Shown in pieces: positions 9,781-19,850 of a stretch of 36,640 nt of DNA. The notes under the pieces are model-generated. The model had not been told where the DNA came from, searched no databases, and saw only the letters and a program-made list of their open reading frames with translations. The stretch is from Micropepsaceae bacterium (GTDB lineage Bacteria; Pseudomonadota; Alphaproteobacteria; Micropepsales; Micropepsaceae). Position numbers and translations under genes: made by a program. Every line of letters starts with the position of its first letter. The first letter of the stretch is position 1. The stretch is taken from NCBI GenBank assembly GCA_035631495.1, contig DASQIQ010000252.1, positions 1 through 36,640 of the forward strand, read 5' to 3'.

Positions 9781-10476
9781 ATGTCACGAAACTTCGCAAG
9801 GCTTGCCGTGAACGCCGGACTGCTGACGCTGTTTCCGGTCTTTGCTCTCGCCCAGCAGCCGCCGGCTCCCGCCGCCGCGCCTCCGGCGGACCCCAACGCG
9901 GCAGCGGCTCAGCAGTTCTCGATCAATCAGAACGTGGGCGATTGGGTCGTGCGCTGCGTGCTGACCAGCGTGAAAAGTCCCGCGCCATGCGAGATCCTCC
10001 AGTCCACGGTGAACAAGGACAATCAGCAGCGCATATCGAGCCTGTCCATCGCCTATGTGCCGAGCCGCGAGAGCTATGCCATGCAGATCGTGGTGCCGAC
10101 CGGCGTCGCGCTTGCCAAGGGATTGACGCTCGCTCCCTCGCTCAACGCGGTCAAATTCACCCGTTGCGAACGCGACGGCTGCTATGTGGAAATGCTGATC
10201 GACAACACAGCCATCACCTCGCTCGCCGGCGCTGGCAAGTCGGCGACCATTGGCGTGGTCGGTTATGGACGGGACAATGAAATCAAATTGCCGGTGTCGC
10301 TGACCGGGTTTCCCGAGGCCTTGGACCGGATGAAAACCTTTGCCAAGGACCGCGCCGTCGCATTGCCGAACAATGCGCCGGTACTGCCGTCGACCGGACC
10401 GGTCACCGCTGCCCCAGCGCCCGCCGCTCCCGCTGCGGCCCCCGCGCGGGCGCCGGCGAGGCCGGCCGGACGCTAA
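9781..10476 (+). CDS. Invasion-associated locus B (IalB) family protein (paralog), Ala/Pro-rich tail
   Basis: Signal peptide, then GDWVVRCV...PCEILQ...FTRCERDGCYVE...LPVSLTGFPEAL. RBS GAGGAAGG precedes the ATG at 9781. Confidence 0.8.
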   Translation: MSRNFARLAVNAGLLTLFPVFALAQQPPAPAAAPPADPNAAAAQQFSINQNVGDWVVRCVLTSVKSPAPCEILQSTVNKDNQQRISSLSIAYVPSRESYAMQIVVPTGVALAKGLTLAPSLNAVKFTRCERDGCYVEMLIDNTAITSLAGAGKSATIGVVGYGRDNEIKLPVSLTGFPEALDRMKTFAKDRAVALPNNAPVLPSTGPVTAAPAPAAPAAAPARAPARPAGR

Positions 10477-10483
10477 AGCAAAA

Positions 10484-11875
10484 CTATTTCTGCACCAGCG
10501 TGGTGCCGGGGGAGGGATCCGTCCAACCTCCGCCCATCGCCTTGTAGAGCGCAACGATCGCCAGCAGGCGCTGCAGCCTGATCTGGCCGAGCTGGTCGCG
10601 CGCCGAATAAAGCGTGCGCTGCGCATCGAGCACCGAGAGAAAATCGGCGATGCCCTCGCGGTAGCGCGCCTGCGCGATGTTGAAGGCCAGCTCGGATTGG
10701 GCTTCCAGCTCGATTTGATAGGCTTCCTGCTCCGCGAAATGCGCGATGCCGCCAAGCGCGGTTTCAACTTCCGAGAACGCGTTGATCGCGGTGCCGCGAT
10801 AGGTCGCGATCAGTTCCTGCTCGCTTGCTTTGGCTTCGTCGGATTGGGCGGTCAATCTTCCGCCATCGAAAATCACCTGAGCAAGCGATAGGCCGAACGA
10901 AAAACTTGCGACAGGATTGGTAGCGAGACCGATCAGAGCTCCGCTCGCGATGCCGCCTGAACCGGTGAGCGAAATGGCGGGGAAGAACGCCGCGCGCGCC
11001 GCCGCGACATTGGCGTGCGCGGAGTTAAGATTGGCTTCAGCCGTCACCACATCGGGCCGGCGGACCAGCAAATCCGCCGGTAGACCCGGCGCGACGTCGG
11101 GGATCGTCAGCGTTTCGAGGTCCGCGGCCGCCACATCGAACCCCTCAGGCGGGCGGCCAAGGAGCACCGCGAGCGCCGCCCGATTCTGCAGCTCCTGCTG
11201 TTGGAATTGTGGAATGACGGCTTGCAGTCCCGCGATCTGGGCCCGCTGCTGTGCGAGTTCGAGCGGCGTGGCGATGCCGTCATTCACGCGGGCTTCGGTG
11301 ATTGCCAACACGGCCAGCGCGGATTCGAGGTTCAGCCGTGCAATGGCCAGACGTTCGCGGATGGAAAGCAGCTGAAAGTAGGTGTTAGCCGTTCCCGCCG
11401 TCGCGGTAAGCGCAACAGTCTCGCGATCCGCTTGCGTGGCTTTGTTCGCCGCTTGCGCCGCCGCGAGAAAATCGTGATTCCTGCCCCAAAAATCCAATTC
11501 GTAGCTGGCGCCCAGCGAAGTGCCGAAGGAATCGGAGTGAGTCTGTTTGACGGAGTCGGCGTTAAGCCCGACGCTCGGAAGCAGCGCCGCGCCCGATTGG
11601 CGCACGCGCGCATCGGCCTGGAGCACCCGCGCTTCGGCCGCGGCAAGATTGAGATTCTGCGTCTGTGTCGTAGCGATCAGTTGGTCAAGTTCGGTGCTGC
11701 CGAAGTTTCGCCACCAAAGGGGCGTGGGCCAGATCGGCGCGCTGGCGGACGGCGTTTGCTCGAAGGCGGCCGGCACATCCTGGGGCGTCAGGGCCTTGGG
11801 CTCGGTCAGCGTTCCTGCGCAGGCCGAAAGCATGCCGGCGCAAACTCCGATCAGAAGAAGGTTCCTCACGCGCAT
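10484..11875 (-). CDS. Efflux outer-membrane factor lipoprotein, NodT family
   Basis: Lipobox LSAC|AG; two OEP repeats; the C-terminal ALYKAMGGGW motif is typical of NodT/OprM-type OMFs. Confidence 0.9.
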   Translation of the reverse strand: MRVRNLLLIGVCAGMLSACAGTLTEPKALTPQDVPAAFEQTPSASAPIWPTPLWWRNFGSTELDQLIATTQTQNLNLAAAEARVLQADARVRQSGAALLPSVGLNADSVKQTHSDSFGTSLGASYELDFWGRNHDFLAAAQAANKATQADRETVALTATAGTANTYFQLLSIRERLAIARLNLESALAVLAITEARVNDGIATPLELAQQRAQIAGLQAVIPQFQQQELQNRAALAVLLGRPPEGFDVAAADLETLTIPDVAPGLPADLLVRRPDVVTAEANLNSAHANVAAARAAFFPAISLTGSGGIASGALIGLATNPVASFSFGLSLAQVIFDGGRLTAQSDEAKASEQELIATYRGTAINAFSEVETALGGIAHFAEQEAYQIELEAQSELAFNIAQARYREGIADFLSVLDAQRTLYSARDQLGQIRLQRLLAIVALYKAMGGGWTDPSPGTTLVQK

Positions 11876-11901
11876 ATTGCTACGCCTCGTACACACGCCG
11901 T

Positions 11902-13902
11902 TTATTCGTTGGAGAGTGCGACGACGGGATCGAGACGCGCCGCCTTGCGCGCCGGGGCATAACCGAAGATCAACCCGGTCGCGGCGGCACAGCAGAAGGC
12001 GAGGATCATCGGCGCCGCCGTGAAGACCACCGGTGTTCCGGTGGCTTGGATGATCAGACCCGTGGCGACGCCACCGGCCACCCCCACGATGCCTCCAATC
12101 CCGGAGACCACCACGGCCTCCGAAAGAAATTGTTGGAGGATGTCGCGCTGTCGGGCGCCCGTCGCCATGCGGATGCCGATCTCGCGTGTCCGCTCGGTGA
12201 CCGAAACGAGCATGATATTCATGATCCCGATCCCACCCACCAGCAGCGAGATTGCGGCTACCGATCCCAAAAGGATGGTCATGGAGTTCTGTGCTTCGGT
12301 CGCGGTTTCCACGATGTCCGCCATGTTGCGTATGCGGAAATCGGTGGCACCGTTATGGCGCTCCTTCAGCAAATTGGTGACCGCAACCTGCACCGCGTCC
12401 ATCTTGGAGAGATCGTTCACCGCGATGGTGATGCTGCGCACGAAGCGTTGTCCGAACACGCGCGTCATGCCCGTCGTCAAGGGCACGAAGATGACATCGT
12501 CCGTGTCTTGGCCCCCCGAGGTCGAGCCTTTCGCCGACATCACGCCGATGACCTGGAACGGCACGTTCTTGATCAGAACATATTTGCCGATCGGATCCTC
12601 GCCATCGGGGAACAGCGCTTCACGCACCGTATCGCCGAGCACGGCGACGGTTTCATAGCCTGCTTGATCTTCGTCGCTGAAGAACACGCCGCGCGCCACC
12701 GGCCAGCTCCGCGTCGCCGGCAGCGCCGTCGTGGTCGCCGTCACCGTCGTTTGGTAGTCGATATCCCCGTAGCGCACCGTGTTGTTGCCCTGAATGTCGG
12801 GCATGGAGGTCACGACGTTGGGAATCGACTTGATCGCGATCGCATCTTCCGGGGTCATCGTCGCGATCGGCCCGTTATAACCGCGGGCGTTGCGGAACTG
12901 CGGCCGCACATTGAGCAGATTTGTTCCCATCTGACCGATCTGATCGATCACCTGCTTCTTGGCGCCTTCGCCGATGGCCAACATCGCCACCACGGAACCC
13001 ACGCCGATCACGATCCCGAGCAGCGTCAACACGGTGCGGAAGATGTTGGAGCGCAAAGCCCGCATAGCCATGCGAAGCGATTCCCGGAATCCCGCGAACA
13101 GCGCGGCGCGAGAAGCAGGAGCGCCGAGCTGGGACACATCGATCGGCGTCGCTCGCATGTTCGCCGGCATGCGCCCGCCGCTGGTGTCCCTCACGATCTC
13201 GCCGTCTTTGAGTTCGATCACCCGCTCGGCGTTCGCCGCGACATTGGCATCATGGGTGATGAGGATCACGGTGTGACCCTGGGCCGCCAAATCCTTCAGC
13301 AGCGCCATCACTTCGGTGCCGCTCTTGCTGTCCAGGGCGCCAGTCGGCTCATCCGCCAGGATCACCTGGCCGCCATTCATCAGCGCGCGCGCGATGGAGA
13401 CGCGCTGTTGCTGGCCGCCCGAAAGCTGGCTCGGGCGGTGGGTCAACCTGTCGCCGAGGCCGAGTGTGCTCAACAGCTTCTCCGCGCGGTCGCGACGCTC
13501 GACGGGGCTGAGACCCGCATAGATGGCGGGAATTTCGACATTCTCTTCGGCTGTCGAGCCGGGCAGGAGGTTGTAGCTCTGAAACACGAAGCCGAAGGCT
13601 TCGCGGCGCAGCCAGGCGAGCGCATCCGAATCCAGTTCCGACACGTCCTGGCCCGCAAAATTGTAGGTGCCGCTGGTCGGGCGGTCGAGGCAGCCGAGAA
13701 GATTCATCAGCGTCGATTTGCCTGAGCCGCTTGCCCCCATGATGGCGAGGAATTCGCCCGGATAGATCGAGAGCGAGACTCCACGAAGCGCATCCACGCG
13801 CACGTCGCCGCCGGTGAAGAACGTTTTGCGGATGTCCTTGAGCTCGATCAGCGGCGTCGCCGTCGCGGCAAACTCGGCCGTGCGGAATGCAACTTCGTTC
13901 AT
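11902..13902 (-). CDS. macB: MacB-type ABC transporter, fused ATPase and FtsX-like permease
   Basis: Walker [10 protein letters not shown], signature LSGGQQQR and Walker [12 protein letters not shown], followed by a large periplasmic domain and four TM helices. Confidence 0.95.
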   Translation of the reverse strand: MNEVAFRTAEFAATATPLIELKDIRKTFFTGGDVRVDALRGVSLSIYPGEFLAIMGASGSGKSTLMNLLGCLDRPTSGTYNFAGQDVSELDSDALAWLRREAFGFVFQSYNLLPGSTAEENVEIPAIYAGLSPVERRDRAEKLLSTLGLGDRLTHRPSQLSGGQQQRVSIARALMNGGQVILADEPTGALDSKSGTEVMALLKDLAAQGHTVILITHDANVAANAERVIELKDGEIVRDTSGGRMPANMRATPIDVSQLGAPASRAALFAGFRESLRMAMRALRSNIFRTVLTLLGIVIGVGSVVAMLAIGEGAKKQVIDQIGQMGTNLLNVRPQFRNARGYNGPIATMTPEDAIAIKSIPNVVTSMPDIQGNNTVRYGDIDYQTTVTATTTALPATRSWPVARGVFFSDEDQAGYETVAVLGDTVREALFPDGEDPIGKYVLIKNVPFQVIGVMSAKGSTSGGQDTDDVIFVPLTTGMTRVFGQRFVRSITIAVNDLSKMDAVQVAVTNLLKERHNGATDFRIRNMADIVETATEAQNSMTILLGSVAAISLLVGGIGIMNIMLVSVTERTREIGIRMATGARQRDILQQFLSEAVVVSGIGGIVGVAGGVATGLIIQATGTPVVFTAAPMILAFCCAAATGLIFGYAPARKAARLDPVVALSNE

Positions 13903-15296
13903 CGGAAGCCTCCGACGCCCGGTATGCCCGGCGCCGCCGGCCGCGGTGCGGGCCGCGCGTTGGCCCTCGCGGCGATTTCCTGACCGGCGATGACCTGTTC
14001 GCCCTCCTCGAGCCCGGAGATGATTTGTGCATTGACCCGATCGGTGACGCCGACCATGACATCGCGCGTTTCCTGGCTCCCGTCATCCTTGACCACCGTC
14101 ACCGTGGCTGCGCGCGGCCTCAATCCGGCTTCCGCGTCGCCCCCGCCTCCACCCGCGCCGCGTCCGCCGCCTCCTCTACGCCCACCGCCGCCAGCGCCGC
14201 CCCGTCCGGCGCGCCCGGCTTGATCTGCAGCGCCCTGCTGTGGTGCTTGGGCGGCGCGTCCGCCGGCCTGCGCGCCGGGCGTGTAGTGAAGCGCCGCGAC
14301 GGGTACGATGATCGCATTCTGAGCAGCGGCGCGCACGAAAAAGACCTGCGCCGTCATTTGAGTCATCAGCTGTTTATTCGGGTTGGCCACATCGAACAGC
14401 GCCGTGTAGAGCACCACATTGTTGGTCACCGTCGGGGTCGGAAGGATCTGGCGCAATTTTCCCGAGTAACGGCGATTGCCGTTTCCCAGCGTGGTGAAAT
14501 ATGCGTCCATGCCGAGGCGAAGCTTCGCCACATCGGCTTCGGAGACCTGCGTGTACACCGTCATGGTCGATAGATCGGAAATGGTGAGGATGAGCGGCGC
14601 AGACTGGTTGGCGTTCAGTGTCTGGCCTTGCTTGGCCGGAATGGCGCTCACCGTTCCCGCCATTGGCGCATAGATCTTGCTGTAGCTGAGCGTTGCCTTA
14701 TCCGCCTTGAGCGTGGAATCCGATTGCTGGATCTGCGCCTGGACCGACTTCACCTGCGCTGCCGCCGATTTCGCTGCCGCCTCTGCGGTGTCAAATGCGT
14801 CCTGGCTGGTGGCGTTGTCCTTCATCAGCCGCGCCTGGCGATCGGCCTGCAATTGCGCGAGCGCGAGCGAGGATTGTTTCTCGGCGAGCTGGGCCTGATA
14901 ATTCAGCAATTGCGCATTGTCCGCGTCCACTTTGGCGGCCGCCACCGAGGAATCGATCTCGGCCAAGAGCTGACCTTTTTGTACGTCGTCCCCAATCTGC
15001 ACGTGGAGCGTTTCGAGCTGGCCCGTGACCTGCGCGCCGACATCGACGCTGGTGAGCGGCTGGAGATTGCCCACGGCCGTGACCACGTCTTCCACATCGG
15101 CTCGTGTCGCGGCCACCACAACCGGTTTGCCGGCAGCATTGCTGCTGGCGGTATACCAATAATAGCCGCCGCCAAGCGCGATCAGCCCGAGCAAAAGGAG
15201 AATCGCCGATGCGCGGTGGCGCGCGATCCAGCCCTTGCGCACCTTCGGGCGAGCCGCCGTAGCATCAAGATCACGAATTGGGCTCTGTACGTTCAT
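13899..15296 (-). CDS. macA: MacA-type periplasmic adaptor (HlyD/MFP family)
   Basis: N-terminal TM, coiled-coil hairpin and lipoyl / beta-barrel regions. Its stop overlaps the macB start by 4 nt (ATGA). Confidence 0.9.
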   Translation of the reverse strand: MNVQSPIRDLDATAARPKVRKGWIARHRASAILLLLGLIALGGGYYWYTASSNAAGKPVVVAATRADVEDVVTAVGNLQPLTSVDVGAQVTGQLETLHVQIGDDVQKGQLLAEIDSSVAAAKVDADNAQLLNYQAQLAEKQSSLALAQLQADRQARLMKDNATSQDAFDTAEAAAKSAAAQVKSVQAQIQQSDSTLKADKATLSYSKIYAPMAGTVSAIPAKQGQTLNANQSAPLILTISDLSTMTVYTQVSEADVAKLRLGMDAYFTTLGNGNRRYSGKLRQILPTPTVTNNVVLYTALFDVANPNKQLMTQMTAQVFFVRAAAQNAIIVPVAALHYTPGAQAGGRAAQAPQQGAADQAGRAGRGGAGGGGRRGGGGRGAGGGGGDAEAGLRPRAATVTVVKDDGSQETRDVMVGVTDRVNAQIISGLEEGEQVIAGQEIAARANARPAPRPAAPGIPGVGGFR

Positions 15297-15503
15297 GGAA
15301 ACGATCCTGTGATGCTCAAAAACATAACATCTCTACCGGCCTCGAATGGCCGAACGATGCCGAACCTTGGTCTAAACACGACATTTTGTATCAGATTGCC
15401 TCAGCATTCGCTCTTCACCCGTATGTCAGTAGCTTTAAACGCCCGGACTTGAATGGCAGATGAAGGCAAAATATACTCTATAAACTCTGTGGAATATACG
15501 GAC

Positions 15504-15968
15504 ATGCTATCGCAAAAGGCCCGCTACGCCCTTCGTGCCCTCTTCCTGCTCGCAGGACGGACCATCGGCGAGCCGGTGATGATTGCCGAAATCGCCGTAA
15601 AGGCTCGCGTGCCGCGCAAATTTCTGGAGCAGATCCTGCTCGATCTGAAACGGCGCGGGATTCTCACCAGCCTGCGCGGGAAGCATGGCGGCTACACCTT
15701 GGGACGGCCGGCCGACAAGATTTCCTTCGCCGAAGTCATCCGCGCCATCGATGGCCCGCTTGCGCTCTCGCCCTGCGCGAGCGTGACGGCTTACCGGCGA
15801 TGTGCCGATTGTGTGGACGAGGAGACCTGTGCCATCCGCAAAGTGCTGTTGGCGGCGCGCGACGCGACGGCAAGCGTCCTGGAAAGCCGCATGATCGGCG
15901 ATGCGGTGCCGCAGAGCGCTCCGACGACAAAGCGTCCGCGCGTCCGCGCAGGAGCCGTGGCGGGTTAG
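15504..15968 (+). CDS. Rrf2 family transcriptional regulator with a Cys cluster
   Basis: MLSQKARYALRAL... winged-helix N-terminus. PCASVTAYRRCADCVDEETC offers candidate Fe-S ligand cysteines, as in IscR and NsrR. Confidence 0.9.
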   Translation: MLSQKARYALRALFLLAGRTIGEPVMIAEIAVKARVPRKFLEQILLDLKRRGILTSLRGKHGGYTLGRPADKISFAEVIRAIDGPLALSPCASVTAYRRCADCVDEETCAIRKVLLAARDATASVLESRMIGDAVPQSAPTTKRPRVRAGAVAG

Positions 15969-16733
15969 CTAGGGCTTCGACAGCGGCACAAGGCCCGCTT
16001 TGATGATCGCCGCCTTGGCCGCCGGCGTGGTCATGGCCTGCACGAAGGCCCGCGCCGCCTCCGGATTGGGACTGCCAACGGGAATCGCAACGGCATAATT
16101 GGTCGCGCTTTGAATCGCGGCGGGCAGGGGCCCAGCGATCTTCACGCCTTTGTTCGGCAGCATCTCGCTGATGAAGGTGAGACCCAGTTCGGCGCGCCCG
16201 GTGGCAACGGCGTCGGCGACCTGCGAGCCCTGATAGCCGAATACGACTTTCTTCTTCACCTCGTCTGCGATGCCCATGCGTTGGAACAGGCCGTCGAGAT
16301 AGCCGCCGGATGTCCCGCCGGATTTCGGATCGACATAAGAGATCGAATGTGCGGCCAGCATCGCTTTCTTGAACGCGTCCGGCGAAGAGATGTCCGGCGC
16401 TGCTGCGCCGGCGCGAACCGAAACTCCGATCGCGGCGTTCGCAAGCTCGACGCGGGTTCCGGGCATGATGAGATGCTCCTTCTCGAGCGCATCCATGCCG
16501 GGTGCTGACACCAGGATAATGTCCGCCTTTTCGCCGGAGCGCAGGTGCTTCTGGAGAGCCCCCGTCGTGTCCACGGTGAAGTCGAGTTTGTGTCCGGTCT
16601 GCTTCGAGAAATCGGCGCCGATTTCGCGGAAAGGCTCCTGCATGGAGCCGCCTACGAGCAGCTTCAATTGCGCCGCATTCGCCGGCATGGTCGCGAAAAT
16701 CAAAACGGCCGCGAGGAGTGACGATTTCAGCAT
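15969..16733 (-). CDS. Periplasmic ModA-like (SBP_bac_11) substrate-binding protein, copy 1
   Basis: Signal peptide ...PANA|AQ; layout LKLLVGGSM...TTGALQKHL.SGEKADI...SYVDP..GGTSG is like molybdate/tungstate-type PBPs. Confidence 0.85.
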   Translation of the reverse strand: MLKSSLLAAVLIFATMPANAAQLKLLVGGSMQEPFREIGADFSKQTGHKLDFTVDTTGALQKHLRSGEKADIILVSAPGMDALEKEHLIMPGTRVELANAAIGVSVRAGAAAPDISSPDAFKKAMLAAHSISYVDPKSGGTSGGYLDGLFQRMGIADEVKKKVVFGYQGSQVADAVATGRAELGLTFISEMLPNKGVKIAGPLPAAIQSATNYAVAIPVGSPNPEAARAFVQAMTTPAAKAAIIKAGLVPLSKP

Positions 16734-16770
16734 GATGATCTCCTGTTGTCGCGCGGTCGACGCGCGTCAA

Positions 16771-17544
16771 TCAATGTGCTTCGACGACGGGATCGACGCC
16801 CGCCGCTTTGAGTTTCGCCCGCGCCGCCGGGCCAGTGACGAAGGCAAGAAAAGCGCGCGCGGCATCCGCATTCGCGCTGCCGGCGAAAACCCCCGCCGAA
16901 TAGAGCTGTGGCTTCTGTAGCGCGTCGGGAAACATGACCACTTTGAGAGTCTTGTTGGCGATAAACTCGCTGGCAAAGGAGAGCCCGAGCTCGGCTTCGC
17001 CTTTCGCGACGGCTTCTCCGACCAGCGCGCCCATGGGTTTAAAAGCGGCTTTTCTATTGGCTTCGTCTTTGATGCCCAGAAGCTGGAAAACGCTTTGGAT
17101 ATAGCCGCCGGAGGCCGTCACCGTAACCGGATCGGGATAAGAGATCGAACGGGCGGCGAGCACGGCCTTCTTCAACGCTTCGGGCGTGGAAATGTCGGGG
17201 GTCGGCGCGTTTGCCTTCACCACCACGGCAAAAAGAGCGCGCGCCACATCCTTGCGCGAACCGGGTACGATTTTCCCTTCCTTCTGAAGCGCGTCGGCCG
17301 CTTCATCCGAAATGACGATGACGTCGCCCTTTTCGCCGGCTTTCAATTTGTTCAGCACGACGCCCGTGGTCCCGAGCGAGAAGCGGAGCGTGTGTCCCGT
17401 TTGATGCGTGAAATCCTCGCCTACGTCCTTCAGCGGATCGGCCATCGAGCCGGTGGCGAAAATGGTGAGCTCGGCGGCGTGCGCCGGAGAAACGACCAGC
17501 GGCGCTGAAACCGCCAGCGCCAGAAGCGAAATTTTCCAAATCAT
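16771..17544 (-). CDS. Periplasmic ModA-like substrate-binding protein, copy 2 (most divergent)
   Basis: Same architecture as its neighbours, but the ligand-pocket segments differ (SYPDPVTVTASGGY versus SYV.P..GGTSG.Y). Confidence 0.85.
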   Translation of the reverse strand: MIWKISLLALAVSAPLVVSPAHAAELTIFATGSMADPLKDVGEDFTHQTGHTLRFSLGTTGVVLNKLKAGEKGDVIVISDEAADALQKEGKIVPGSRKDVARALFAVVVKANAPTPDISTPEALKKAVLAARSISYPDPVTVTASGGYIQSVFQLLGIKDEANRKAAFKPMGALVGEAVAKGEAELGLSFASEFIANKTLKVVMFPDALQKPQLYSAGVFAGSANADAARAFLAFVTGPAARAKLKAAGVDPVVEAH

Positions 17545-17560
17545 TCCTGTGTCGCCTGTC

Positions 17561-18340
17561 TCAATGCGCCGCAGGGAGCACGGTTAGTCCGGCGGCCTTG
17601 AACACCGCGCCTCCTCCGGGGCTCGTCATAGCCTGGATGAACGCGCGGGCCGCGTCCTGATTGCCGCTCACGGTCGTAACTGCGGCGACGTAATCGGTGG
17701 CGCTCTGGATCTCCTGCGGCAAGGGGCCCGCAACCTTCACGCCCTTGTTGGGCGCGAGTTCCGCAATGAAGCTGATGCCGAGCTCCGCATCGCCTTTGGC
17801 GACGGCGTCGGCCACTTCCGAGCCTTGGTTGCGGTAGACGATCTTGGACTTCATCTGGTCGGCGATGCCCATGCGCTTCATCAGGCCTTCGAAATAGGTG
17901 CCCGACGTGCCGCCGGCCGCCGGATTGACGTAGGAAACCGAGCGCGCGGCCAGCAGTGATGTCTTGAAAGCGTCGGCCGAAGAAAGATTGGGGGAGGACG
18001 CTCCTGGGCGCACCGCAACCCCGATCAGCGCCCGCACGAGATCGGTTCGGCTGGCCGGGACAATGCGGTTTTCCTTTTGCATCGCGTCCAGTCCCGCCGC
18101 GGTGACCACGACGACATCCGCTTTTTCGCCGGCCGCGAGCCGCTTCTGCAGGGCCCCGGTGGTGTCCGAGACGTAATCGAGCTTGTTGCCGCTCTGTTTC
18201 GCAAAATTGGCGCCGATCTTTTCCACCGTCTCGGTCATCGCGCCGCCGACGAAGATTTTCAGCTCCGCCGCATTGGCGGGCATGCCAGCAAGCAACAGCG
18301 ACAGCGAAGCGGCAATCGTCCAGACGGTTTTGTTTTGCAT
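17561..18340 (-). CDS. Periplasmic ModA-like substrate-binding protein, copy 3
   Basis: Signal peptide ...PANA|AE. Aligns by eye with copy 1 along its full length. Confidence 0.85.
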   Translation of the reverse strand: MQNKTVWTIAASLSLLLAGMPANAAELKIFVGGAMTETVEKIGANFAKQSGNKLDYVSDTTGALQKRLAAGEKADVVVVTAAGLDAMQKENRIVPASRTDLVRALIGVAVRPGASSPNLSSADAFKTSLLAARSVSYVNPAAGGTSGTYFEGLMKRMGIADQMKSKIVYRNQGSEVADAVAKGDAELGISFIAELAPNKGVKVAGPLPQEIQSATDYVAAVTTVSGNQDAARAFIQAMTSPGGGAVFKAAGLTVLPAAH

Positions 18341-18770
18341 GGCAGTCCCTCATGAGCGTGCGCGATGGCCCGCTTTTTACCAGGAACGGCGGGCGAATGC
18401 GCGGGTATCGCCCCAAACTTTGGCCGGCGGCCATTCGCGAATCACGCCCTCATCCCCATAATCCCTATTGACTACATATAGTCTATCGGCAATTGCCGAT
18501 TGGGATTTTCGACCGGCGACGCTGACCTCGGCCGGCGATCGCGACTCTACGAGATTGCCGTTGCAGACCTAAATCCCGGAGCCGGACAACCAGAACCTTT
18601 TGCATTCCGTCAAACCGGAAAATGTCACGAGTTATGAAACCGGCCTTTTGAGAATTCTTTGCTCGCCAGCCGACTCTGAATCTCACCGATGTCGACACCG
18701 ACGTCACCGATTTCCAACCAATGTGGAGTCCGGCCTCGGCGCGCTGAGCAGATGACAGCCGAGTTCCCAT

Positions 18771-18795
18771 GGAACTTTCGGCTTGCGCTTACGTT
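18771..18795 (+). promoter_or_regulatory. EcfG-type (general stress response) promoter
   Basis: GGAAC-tttcggcttgcgctta-CGTT (N16), about 65 nt upstream of the DUF1328 start. Confidence 0.8.
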
Positions 18796-18861
18796 CTTAA
18801 TTTTGACATCCGCTGCCGTTGCGCGGGCGACGGCAATCCGAAAAAACAAAGAGGTGTGACC

Positions 18862-19038
18862 ATGCTCCATTGGGCTCTGACATTCCTGGTGATTGCCATC
18901 ATTGCCGCAATATTCGGCTTTGGCGGGATCGCCGCGACAGCATCCAGCATCGCCCAGATTCTTTTCGTCGTGTTCCTGGCGCTGTTCTTGGTGAGCGCGA
19001 TTGTGGCGATGACACGCGGACGGCCCCCGGCAGTTTAG
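18862..19038 (+). CDS. DUF1328 (UPF0391/YtjA-like) small membrane protein
   Basis: [25 protein letters not shown]... is the family hallmark. RBS AGAGG precedes the ATG at 18862. Confidence 0.85.
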   Translation: MLHWALTFLVIAIIAAIFGFGGIAATASSIAQILFVVFLALFLVSAIVAMTRGRPPAV

Positions 19039-19079
19039 CGACACGGTTCAGCGCTTGGCCGCCTTTAGAAGCGGCCGGC

Positions 19080-19844
19080 ATGATGAGGAGCGGTCAATCC
19101 GCTCCTCTTTTTTTGCGTCCGGTGCGACACTGTTCGCGAACAAATGCCAAGGGGGCCGCATTGAGCAGAGATCGCCGATCTACGCCGAAGCATTCGCTGC
19201 ACAGGGGTGCGCATCTCCGCCTGTTGTTTGCGATCGCGGTGGGAGCCACTGTCGGCGCGGTTGCGCCAGTCGAGGATTGGGCCATCCGCTGGCTCATCGG
19301 CTGGGATGCGGGGGTCGCGGTTCTCCTGGCGAGCATCTGGCACATGATGGCGAGCACCACGCTGGAGCATTTGCAGCTCAAGGCGGCGCAGCAGGACGAG
19401 AATGCGCCCGTCATCCTTGCGCTGATGAGTGCTGCCGTCCTTGCCAGTCTCGGCGGAGTGCTCGCGGTCATTCACGACACGCGGCAGGCGGCGGCAGGTA
19501 CGACAGCCTATCTCATTTTGCTGGCGCTGGGCACGCTTCTGCTCTCCTGGCTTTGCATGAATATGCTGTTCGCTATTCATTACGCGCATCGCTACTACGG
19601 CGAACCGGCCCAGGAGACCGGCCGCGGTCTGATCTTCCCCGAACCCAATTCCGCGCCCAACTATTCCGAGTTCGTCTATTTCGCGTTTTGCATCGGCATG
19701 ACCTATCAGGTCTCCGACGTCATGACATGTACCCGTGCGTTCCGGCGGCTCGTGACTTTCCACGGTGCGTTGTCGTTCTTCTACAACACCTTCGTGCTGG
19801 CCCTGGCCGTCAATCTGTTCAGCGGGCTGTCCGGTCTGTTGTGA
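19080..19844 (+). CDS. DUF1345 membrane protein
   Basis: AIHYAHRYY...GL.FP....P.Y.EF.YFAF.IGMT.Q.SDV is the DUF1345 signature. The start is uncertain (ATG 19080 chosen). Confidence 0.7.
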   Translation: MMRSGQSAPLFLRPVRHCSRTNAKGAALSRDRRSTPKHSLHRGAHLRLLFAIAVGATVGAVAPVEDWAIRWLIGWDAGVAVLLASIWHMMASTTLEHLQLKAAQQDENAPVILALMSAAVLASLGGVLAVIHDTRQAAAGTTAYLILLALGTLLLSWLCMNMLFAIHYAHRYYGEPAQETGRGLIFPEPNSAPNYSEFVYFAFCIGMTYQVSDVMTCTRAFRRLVTFHGALSFFYNTFVLALAVNLFSGLSGLL

Positions 19845-19850
19845 GATCTT

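Noticed and set aside
10484-15296. macA-macB-nodT, considered as a possible novel secretion or toxin system.
   Set aside because: This is a canonical tripartite MacAB-OMF organisation with overlapping or adjacent genes and all standard motifs. No associated toxin, bacteriocin or peptide gene was seen.
18483-19044. ORFs 18483..18770 (-) and 18625..19044 (-) in and around the large intergenic gap.
   Set aside because: Odd composition, no RBS or motif. The second overlaps the well-supported DUF1328 gene and its EcfG promoter on the other strand.
19039-19079. Short hairpin GGCCGC-ctttagaa-GCGGCC after the DUF1328 stop, considered as a terminator.
   Set aside because: The stem is only 6 bp and there is no T-run. 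The DUF1345 gene follows immediately and is more likely co-transcribed.
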